Of a DNA stretch of 64,000 nucleotides, positions 53,851 to 64,000 are shown in pieces. The position numbers were made by a program, and so were the translations under genes. Every line of letters begins with the position of its first letter. Positions within the stretch are counted from its first letter, which is position 1. Under the pieces are notes generated by a model, which was not told where the DNA came from, ran no database searches, and worked only from the letters and a program-made list of their open reading frames with translations. Origin of the DNA: an uncultured delta proteobacterium (lineage in GTDB: Bacteria > Myxococcota_A > UBA9160 > SZUA-336); the NCBI GenBank assembly GCA_963704165.1, contig CAVPHD010000009.1:192001-256000 (forward strand), given 5' to 3'.

Positions 53851-54282
53851 ATGACCGAGGGCGCGAGCGACGACGAGATCCGAAAGCTGCTCACCGAAGC
53901 GAGAACGATCGCGCTCGTAGGCGCGAGCCCACGCCCCGACCGCGACAGCCACGAGGTCATGGAGTATCTGCAGTCGCGCGGCTATCGGGTGATCCCCGTG
54001 AATCCGGTCTGCGCGGGCGAGGCGATCCTCGGCGAACGCGTGCGCGCGAGCCTCGCCGAGATCGACGAACCGATCGACATGGTCGACGTGTTCCGGAACT
54101 CGGAGGCGGCCAGCGCGGCGATCGACGAGGCGATCGCCGTACGTGCGAAGGCCGTCTGGACCCAGCTCGGCGTGGTGAACGAGCCGGCCGCGGAGCGCGC
54201 GCGAAGGGCCGGACTCGCGGTCGTGATGGATCGCTGCCCGAAGATCGAGATTCCGCGACTCAGGATTCCGCCCAGGCCTTGA
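53851..54282 (+). CDS. CoA-binding protein (YccU-like)
   Basis: IALVGAS..P.R.S..V..YL...GY.VIPVNP, DMVDVFR, W.QLG, MDRCPKIE. Confidence 0.93.
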   Translation: MTEGASDDEIRKLLTEARTIALVGASPRPDRDSHEVMEYLQSRGYRVIPVNPVCAGEAILGERVRASLAEIDEPIDMVDVFRNSEAASAAIDEAIAVRAKAVWTQLGVVNEPAAERARRAGLAVVMDRCPKIEIPRLRIPPRP

Positions 54283-55171
54283 TCAGGTGATGTGCGATCG
54301 CCATGGGCGGTGGCACGAAAAATCCCACATCGGTCGTCGGGTCTCGAAGCGCCGCGCGCACGATCTCGCGCGGGAACCAACGCACGTCCTCGAGCTCGGT
54401 CTTGTCCACGGTGATCCGCTCGCCGTGCGCGAAGGCCATGCAACCGATCATCAACGAGGACGGGAATGGCCACGGCTGCGACGCGTGGTAGCTCACCTCG
54501 CCGACCGGGATCCCGGCCTCCTCCATCACTTCGCGACGCACGGCGTCCTCGAGCGTCTCGCCGGCCTCGACGAAGCCGGCGAGCGCCGACCACATCTTGG
54601 AGGGCCAGCCCGCCTGGCGGCCGAGCAGACAGCGCGCGCCATCGTGCACGAGCATGATCACGACCGGATCGGTGCGCGGGAAATGCTGCGCGTCGCACTC
54701 GTCGCACTCGCGCAGATAGCCGGCCTCCTTCACGGTCGTGCCGTGACCGCAGACGGCGCAGTAACGGTGGCGCGCGTGCCAGTCGAGCATCTGCCGACCC
54801 TGCGCGACGATCGACGCCTCGCCCGCGGGCAGACTCGACGCGATCTGGCGCACGTCGGCGAAGTTCGCGGCACCGGCGAGACCGAGCTCCGTCACCGGAT
54901 CGTGTAATGGCGAGAGGTCGACCGCGAAGTGCGCGAGGCCGTCGAGGAGCCCCAGGTAGACGGGCCCCGTGCGCGCGTCCATGACGCTGCGGATCGCCGG
55001 ATTCGCCCAGGCGAGCTCGGGCTTCTCCGCCTTGACCAACACGTTCAGACGATGGAAGGGCAGGAACCGGCTGGACTCGCTCTCGAGCGCGGACGCGAGC
55101 CACGCGCCGTCGCGGCGCAGATGGCTCGTCCGGTCGAGCGGGCTCGCAGCGAAGACCAGCGGGGACGACAT
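54260..55171 (-). CDS. nudC: NAD(+) diphosphatase / NAD-RNA decapping enzyme
   Basis: Zinc ribbon CAVCG..CDEC, FPRTDP, Nudix box AGFVEAGE.LE.AV.REV.EE.G, SQPWPFPSS. Confidence 0.95.
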   Translation of the reverse strand: MSSPLVFAASPLDRTSHLRRDGAWLASALESESSRFLPFHRLNVLVKAEKPELAWANPAIRSVMDARTGPVYLGLLDGLAHFAVDLSPLHDPVTELGLAGAANFADVRQIASSLPAGEASIVAQGRQMLDWHARHRYCAVCGHGTTVKEAGYLRECDECDAQHFPRTDPVVIMLVHDGARCLLGRQAGWPSKMWSALAGFVEAGETLEDAVRREVMEEAGIPVGEVSYHASQPWPFPSSLMIGCMAFAHGERITVDKTELEDVRWFPREIVRAALRDPTTDVGFFVPPPMAIAHHLIKAWAES

Positions 55172-55244
55172 CGCGCGGTCAGCGTACACGAACGCGCAAC
55201 CCGTGCGCAGGAGCGAACGAGAGCGACTCCACGCGACGCACGGC

Positions 55245-55272
55245 TCAAACTCCGCCGGCTCCGCGCCGAAAC
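55245..55272 (+). promoter_or_regulatory. Putative sigma28/FliA-like promoter
   Basis: TCAAA-N15-GCCGAAAC, 53 nt upstream of GTG 55326. Confidence 0.55.
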
Positions 55273-55325
55273 GGGAGACCGAGGGGGAGGTCGAGACGCC
55301 GCTCGTGAGCGGCAGGGAGTCGGTC

Positions 55326-55709
55326 GTGGCAAGCAACGGCAAGCACAAGCTCCTCGAGCGCGAGTTCGAGGATTTGCTCCTCGACGTACTGGATCAGGAC
55401 TACGACCTCGCCGTCCGGCGCCGAGACGACTCGCTCGAGCGTCGCCGGCGCGATCTGGCGACGCTGACCTTCTCGTACCGCTGGTGCGGCGCGAAGGAGG
55501 CTCGCGTGGTCGTGCGCGTGGAAGGCGCCCGGGACTTCAAGGCGATCCTGCCGATCGACGCGAGCTCGCCGGAGGAGCTGCGCCGGTCCGCGGAGGATTG
55601 CGAATCGCTGGTCTTGTTCCTGTCCGAGCACCTCGAGCGCAAGCGCGAGGATTCGCTCGCCGTCGCCGCCACCGGTCAGCTGCGTTGGGGCCGGCGCGAG
55701 GACGACTGA
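55326..55709 (+). CDS. Hypothetical 127-aa protein with RRxxD motifs
   Basis: GGGAG SD, GTG start, typical codon use; RRRDD/ERRRRD and C-terminal RWGRREDD. Confidence 0.7.
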   Translation: MASNGKHKLLEREFEDLLLDVLDQDYDLAVRRRDDSLERRRRDLATLTFSYRWCGAKEARVVVRVEGARDFKAILPIDASSPEELRRSAEDCESLVLFLSEHLERKREDSLAVAATGQLRWGRREDD

Positions 55710-55743
55710 ACCGGATCCGCGTCGTGCGGTATAGACTCCCGCG

Positions 55744-58700
55744 ATGAACGACGAGAGAGAGCCCGCGCAGCCCGTCGGACTCGCGCTGACCGTCGCGATC
55801 GTCGCCTGTTTCTTCCTCTCGGGCGCGTCCAGCCTCGTGCTCGAGGTGGTCTGGTCGCGGCTCCTGCGCCTGGTCTTCGGCACCACCACGCTCGCCATCG
55901 CGACGATTCTGGTCGCGTACATGACCGGGCTCGGCATCGGCGGTCTGCTCGGCGGTCGCATCGCGGACCGAATTCGCAACGGCGTGCGCGCCTACGGTGC
56001 GATCGAGATCGTGGTCGGCGTCTATGCGCTCGCGATGCCGTTCGTCTTCTCGTTCGTGCCCGATCTCGCGCGCGCATTCCTCTCCGACCTCGCGTTCTGG
56101 CCCTCGGTGCTGGTCCGATTCGCGCTCGCGTTCACCGTCCTCTGCGCACCGACGATCGGCATGGGCCTCACGCTCCCGCTGCTGACGCGTGCGCTCGTTC
56201 GCGACGGGCGCACGGGCGCGGGGGTCGCCCTGCTCTACGGGCTGAACACGCTGGGCGCGGTGAGCGGCGTCTTCATCGCGACGTTCTTCCTGCTGCCGAC
56301 GCTCGGGGTCACGGGCAGCAACCACGTCGGTGCGATCGCGTACCTCGCGCTCGGCGGGATCGCGCTCCTGCTCGCCCGGTCCGCGGCGACGCGGAGCACG
56401 CCGATCGCGGCGAGCGAACCGGTCGCCGATCAACTCGCGCGTTGGAACCCGGCGCTGCTCGCCTACGGAACGGTCGGATTCACCGCGCTCGTCTACGAGG
56501 TCGCGTGGACCCGGGCGCTGTCGATGGTCATGGGTTCGTCGATCTACGCGTTCGCCTGCATGCTGGGCGCGTTCCTCTTCGGAATCGGAGCCGGGTCACT
56601 GGTCGCGCGCACGTTCGTCGATCGACTGCGAAGGCCGTTCCTCGCCTACGCGATCGGGATCGCGGCGGTGGGATTGCTCTCGCTCGTGTCGCTCTCGCTC
56701 CTGCCGCTACTGCCCGCCGCGTTCATGGCGCTGGTGCGGCGATTCGGGGGCTCGGCCGAGTATCTCGCCCTGTCCCAGTTCGCCGTCGCGTCCTGCGCGA
56801 TGCTCCCGCCCGCCCTCGTGCTCGGTGCGCTCTTTCCTCTGCTCACGCGCGCGCAGACGGCCGCGAGCGGCGCGGCCCCCGCCGTCGGCGACGTGTACTT
56901 CGTGAACACGATCGGCTCGGCGCTCGGCGCGTTCAGTGCCGGATTCGTGCTGCTTCCGCTGCTCGGTCTGCGCGGCACCGCCTCGGTCGCCGATCGCTGT
57001 GAATGCGCTGGCCTGTGCCGCGCTGCTCTTCTGGCGCGCCCACCCGAACACGCGCGTGCGTCTTGCGCTCGGAACGATCCCGGTGGTCTTCGCGGCGGCC
57101 ATCCTCTACTTCCCGCCCCCGCTCGATATCCGCCCGCTCGCGATGGGCGGGTTCGTGCCCGACACGATCTTCAGCGATTCGCACGAAGTGACGGAGCTCG
57201 AAGGCGTGGAGCCGGAGCGGATCCTCTTCTACCGCGACGGCCTCTCCGCGACGGTGTCGGTGCACCGCTATCGCGGAGAGACGGCGCTGCACATCAACGG
57301 GAAGGCCGACGCATCGTCGCTCCGGGACATGCCGACGCAGGTGCTGCTGGCGCAGACGCCGCTTCTGTTCGGCAAGCCCGCGCGGCGCGTGCTCGTGATC
57401 GGCTGGGCGTCCGGAATCACGGTCGGATCGGTTCTTCGCCACCCGGTCGAGCGGCTCGACTCGGTCGAACTCGAACCGGCGATGCTCGAGGCCTCTCACT
57501 TCTTCGACGACCTGAACGGCAAGCCGCTCGAGGATCCGCGCGTGCACGTGATCGTCGACGACGCGCGCTCCTACCTCGCGAACACCGACGAGAGCTACGA
57601 CGTGATCATCTCGGAGCCGTCGAATCCGTGGATCTCCGGCGTCGCGAATCTGTTCACGCGCGAGCACTTCCGCGAAGCGCGAAGAGCGCTCGTTCCCGGC
57701 GGCCGGCTCCTGCAGTGGCTGCCCCTCTACGCCACCGACCCCGACGTGCTGCGCTCGATTCTCGCCGCCCTGCGCAGCGAGTTCCCGTACGTGTACGGCT
57801 TCGTGCTCGACCGCGCGGTTCCCGACCTGATGCTGATGGCGACGACCGAGCCGCTCGACGTCCGCGACGTGAAACCGTTCGAGTCGCTTCCCGCCGCCGT
57901 GCAGTCGGACCTGTATCGAGTCGGCACGCGCTCGACCGCGGACATCTGGAGCCTCTTGCGCCTTCTTCCGGAAGACGTGGACGAGCTGATCGCCGAATCT
58001 GCGACGCTGAACACCGACGACAACCTTTTCGTCGAGCTGCGCACGCCCTGGCTCCTCTACGCCGATCAGTTCGCGGAGCCGGGCTCGGGACCGATGGACC
58101 GGACCTGGGCGACGATCGACGCCTTCCCCCCGGGCAGCGGGCGTTTGCTCGCCGCCGCGCCTCCGGAAGCCGGACTTCCGCGACCGGCCGAGGTCGGCAC
58201 TCGCTCACCTGGCCACGCGCCACGATTCCCCGGCCAGCGCCGCGTTGGTCGCGGTCTCGGGTGACTCCGGCGAGGCGGTTGCGACGCGCGTCCTTCTCTC
58301 GGAGACGGTCGACCAGGCCTCGTACGACGCCGAGCTCGACCGGGCGGTCGAGCTCGAGCCCGCGAGCTTCGCCGTGCGCGTGATCCGCGCCCGCTCCCAC
58401 TTGCGGAACGGGGAACTCGCCGACGCGCTCGAGGACGTCGACGCCGCACTCGCCCTCCGCCCCGACGACCCGGCGACACTCGCCCTGCGCGCTTCGATCC
58501 TGCTTCGCAGCGACCGGGCAGAGGAAGCGCTGCAGGCGCTCGGGTCGGTCCGGACGACCGAGTACTGGCAGCTTCAGCCCCCGCTCTGGATGCTCGCCGC
58601 ACAAGTGGAACTCGCGCTGAACCGCGCCGGGGAGAGCATCCCCCTGCTCGAGCGCTACGCGGAATCGGAGCCCGGTCTCGCGCTCGTCTGGCAACTGCTC

Positions 58701-58901
58701 GAGCAGGCCTATCTCTCGATGGAGCTCGACCCGTTCGCCCTTCGCGCGCGACGCAATCTCGCGATCAACCTGTACATGGTCGGGCTCGATGCCGAACGCA
58801 GAGGCGAGACGGAGCGCGCGATCGATGCGCTACGCCGTTCGCTCCTCGCCGCACCGAACTACGCACCCGCCGTGGAGGCACTCGCGCGATTGGGCGGATA
58901 G
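55744..58901 (+). CDS. Fused MFS-like membrane domain / spermidine synthase-like methyltransferase / TPR protein (frameshifts near 56990 and 58190)
   Basis: SGASSL..EVVWSR, LYGLNT.GA repeats; VLVIGWASGIT, VELEP, DDAR, YDVIISEPSNPW; C-terminal TPRs. Confidence 0.88.
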
Positions 58902-58914
58902 AGGCGACGTCTGG

Positions 58915-59911
58915 ATGGAACTCGAGCCGCGCGAGTACTCGAAACGCCTCGGCTCGCTGACGTCCGTGCAGCTGCGGTCGGCACTCGCGCGTTTCGAGCT
59001 GGGCGAGCCGTGGCGGCAGAGCCCGCTCCGGGCGGGCTCTTCGGACAGAACGTCTTCGTGACGAGCACGCACGGCGAGTTCGTGCTGCGCGGCTGCCCGC
59101 ACGCCGCCTGGCAGTTCCCCAAGGAGCGGTTCTTCGCGCGCGTCTTGCACGAGCGATCGCGCGTACCGGTTCCGTGGCCGTACCGGCTCGAACCCTCCCC
59201 CGACATCTTCGGCTGGAGCTACGCGATCCTGCCGAAGCTGCCCGGAATGAACGTCGCCCTGCCCGACGCGCGCGCCGCGCTCACGGCCGGCGAGCACGCG
59301 GAGATCGCCGCCGCGCTCGGCGTGGCGCTCGCGGAGCTGCACACGGTCGTGTGGGATGTTCCCGGCGACTACGATCCGTCGAGCGACGCGATCCGCGCGA
59401 TCGACGGCCGCTTCGAAGATCGCGTCGTCGCACGGCTGCGCGATCGGCTGGTCCGCTGTCGCGAGGCTTCCGACGCTACGACCGACGACGACGTGCGTGG
59501 GCGGAGGCGATCATCGCGCGCTCGCGCGCGGCGCTCCGAGGGGACTTCCAGCCGACGTTCGTCCACGCCGACTACGCCGAGGGCAACGTCCTCGTCCGGC
59601 GCGCCGGGTCCGGCGGGTCGGTGAGCGGGGTGCTCGACCTGATGACCGCGTACGTCGGCGATCCGGAAGAGGATCTCGTGCGGATTCTCGCGAACTACGC
59701 GCGCGCGAATCCCGAGGCCGCACGGCGATTCCGAGCCGCGTACCACGCACACCACCCGAAGCGCCCGGGATTCGCCGAGCGGCTTCCGATCTACGCGCTC
59801 GCCGACAGCGTCACGTTCTGGGAATACGGTCAGCGCAACCGCGTCTGGTTTCGCGAGGGCCAGTGCCTGCGCGACTTCGCCGAGCGGTTCATCGCGCGCC
59901 TGCAAGACTGA
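58915..59911 (+). CDS. Aminoglycoside phosphotransferase (APH/choline kinase) family protein (frameshifts near 59010 and 59495)
   Basis: FVLR, VPVP, LAELH, FVHADY..GNVL, GVLD, GDPE.D. Confidence 0.82.
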
Positions 59912-59917
59912 CGAGTG

Positions 59918-59994
59918 TGGCGACCCAGGCAGGATTCGAACCTGCGACCTTCTGCTCCGGAGGCAGACGCTCTATCCAGCTGAGCTACTGGGTC
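59918..59994 (-). tRNA. tRNA-Arg (CCG)
   Basis: GACCCAGTAGCTCAGCTGGATAGAGCGTCTGCCT-CCG-GAGCAGA...GGTTCGAATCCTGCCTGGGTCGCCA. Confidence 0.97.
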
Positions 59995-60004
59995 GGGGGA
60001 GAAA

Positions 60005-62588
<2,584 letters not shown>

Positions 62589-62605
62589 CGCTCCGGACCC
62601 TGCGC

Positions 62606-63010
62606 CTACCGCTTCGAGTACTGGAAGCGGGCGCGAGCCCCCTTCTGGCCGTACTTCTTGCGCTCTTTCTCGCGCGCGTCCCGGGTCAAGAGTCCGGCGC
62701 GCTTCAGCGTCGGGCGCAGCTCCGGGTCGTACTTCTGAAGCGCGCGCGCGATGCCGTGGCGGATCGCGCCGGCCTGGCCGGTGTCGCCGCCGCCCTTCAC
62801 CGTGATGAACATGTCGAAGTTGCCCATGTGTTCGACGGCTCGCATGGGCTCGAGGAAGTGCATGCGAAGAATCTCGCGCGGGAAGTAGTCCTCGGCGGCA
62901 CGGTGATTGATCTTCACGTCGCCCGTTCCGAGTCGGATGAAGACGCGCGCGGTCGCCGTCTTCCGGCGTCCGGTGGCGTAGAAGCGGGAGGACTGGCGCG
63001 CCATCGTCAT
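62606..63010 (-). CDS. rpsI: 30S ribosomal protein S9
   Basis: [35 protein letters not shown]. Confidence 0.98.
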   Translation of the reverse strand: MTMARQSSRFYATGRRKTATARVFIRLGTGDVKINHRAAEDYFPREILRMHFLEPMRAVEHMGNFDMFITVKGGGDTGQAGAIRHGIARALQKYDPELRPTLKRAGLLTRDAREKERKKYGQKGARARFQYSKR

Positions 63011-63456
63011 CTGCGGATCTCCAGAGGCTGCGGGGATTGCGCGGCGTGCGGGTGGCTCGCGCCCGGGTAGATCTTCAGCTTCGTCAGCATGCGCCGCCCG
63101 AGCGGCCCCTTGGGAAGCATGCCCTTCACGGCGGCGCGCAGCACACGGTCCGGATGCGTCTCGAGCATGCGCCCCGCGGTCGTGGTGCGCAGTCCGCCCG
63201 CGTACCCGGAGTGGCGCACGTACTCTTTCTTCTCGAGCTTGCGGCCGGTCAGGCGGACGTTCTTGGCGTTGACCACCACGACGAAATCACCGCCATCGAC
63301 GTGCGGCGTGTAGGTCGGTTTGTGTTTGCCGCGCAGGATCGTCGCGAGGCGCGATGCGAATCGTCCGAGCACCTGATCGGCGGCATCGGCGACGTACCAG
63401 CGACGCACGACCTCGGCTTCGCCGATGCTGCGGGTCGGATTCTTCGGATTGGGCAA
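63007..63456 (-). CDS. rplM: 50S ribosomal protein L13
   Basis: LGR.AS, GKHKP.YTPHVD.GD, AVKGMLP, HPH.AQ. Confidence 0.98.
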   Translation of the reverse strand: MPNPKNPTRSIGEAEVVRRWYVADAADQVLGRFASRLATILRGKHKPTYTPHVDGGDFVVVVNAKNVRLTGRKLEKKEYVRHSGYAGGLRTTTAGRMLETHPDRVLRAAVKGMLPKGPLGRRMLTKLKIYPGASHPHAAQSPQPLEIRR

Positions 63457-63510
63457 GGAGTTCCCCTAGGCTCGGGAGCGGCCATGGGATACTCGATCGA
63501 GGCTTTCGGG

Positions 63511-64000
63511 TCAAGCCGAGTCCTCGTCGTAGATCACGCGCTCGAGGCAGAGACCGTGGGCCGGGGCGGAGGGAGCCGCGCGGCCCCGATCCCCGGAGGC
63601 GAGGATCGCCGCCATCTCCGCGGCCGGCCGCTTGCCCTGCCCGATCTCGACCAGCGTTCCGACCAGATTCCGGACCATCTGGCGCAGGAAACTCCGGCCG
63701 AGAACCTCGATCCGAACCTCCTCGCCGGGGGTCCGATCCACGTCGAGGCGATGGAGCGTCCGGCGCGGACGCTCGTGCTCGGGTGGCCCCCCGGGGGCCG
63801 TCCGAAAGGCGCTGAAATCGTGGCTGCCGATCAGGGGCAGCGCGGCCTCCGCCATCGCCGTCACGTCGAGCGGCCCCCAGACGTGCCAGGCGTAGCGGGC
63901 CCGGAGCGCGCTCGGCGTGCTCGAATTGAGGATTCGATAGACGTAGAGCTTTCCGGTCGCCGATTTCCGCGCGTGGAACTCCGGTGCCGCGACCGCGATC
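63511..64000 (-). CDS. truA: tRNA pseudouridine(38-40) synthase, 5'-truncated by window edge
   Basis: FHARKSA..K.Y.YRI, G.HDFSAF, SFLRQMVRNLVG, AP.HGL.L. Confidence 0.95.
   Translation of the reverse strand, partial: IAVAAPEFHARKSATGKLYVYRILNSSTPSALRARYAWHVWGPLDVTAMAEAALPLIGSHDFSAFRTAPGGPPEHERPRRTLHRLDVDRTPGEEVRIEVLGRSFLRQMVRNLVGTLVEIGQGKRPAAEMAAILASGDRGRAAPSAPAHGLCLERVIYDEDSA

Overview
A very GC-rich bacterial chromosomal segment (roughly 70% GC by eye). Gene order (kdsB-pyrG ... lptCAB-rpoN-ptsN-hprK-rapZ-PTS-metK-ahcY-spoIID-yajC-secDF; carD-ispDF-cysS-uvrBC) suggests a Myxococcota/deltaproteobacterial lineage (inference). It is mostly core genome: about 60 CDS and five tRNA genes including tRNA-Sec. 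I found no recognisable IS, integrase, prophage or CRISPR array. At least a dozen single-base frameshifts hit even essential genes (lptA/B/C), which points to long-read consensus errors rather than pseudogenes. The most notable signals are regulatory. (1) A recurrent sigma28/FliA-like motif (TCAAG-N15-GCCGAAAC-like) lies upstream of an EAL phosphodiesterase, a PilZ-like protein, a hybrid kinase and an unknown RRxxD-rich protein, suggesting a c-di-GMP regulon with a possible new effector. (2) Two sigma54 promoters share the same near-leaderless CTGnnnnCCGTCCATGTC junction, one before an HD-GYP/V4R-STAS pair and one before an unknown gene upstream of comEC. (3) Leaderless sigma70 architecture (-10 box 6-7 nt before the start codon) is pervasive. 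Also notable are a P-loop kinase-dCMP deaminase fusion, a divergent KdsB with kdsA/D/C missing from their usual position, and two small ORFs absent from the ORF track.
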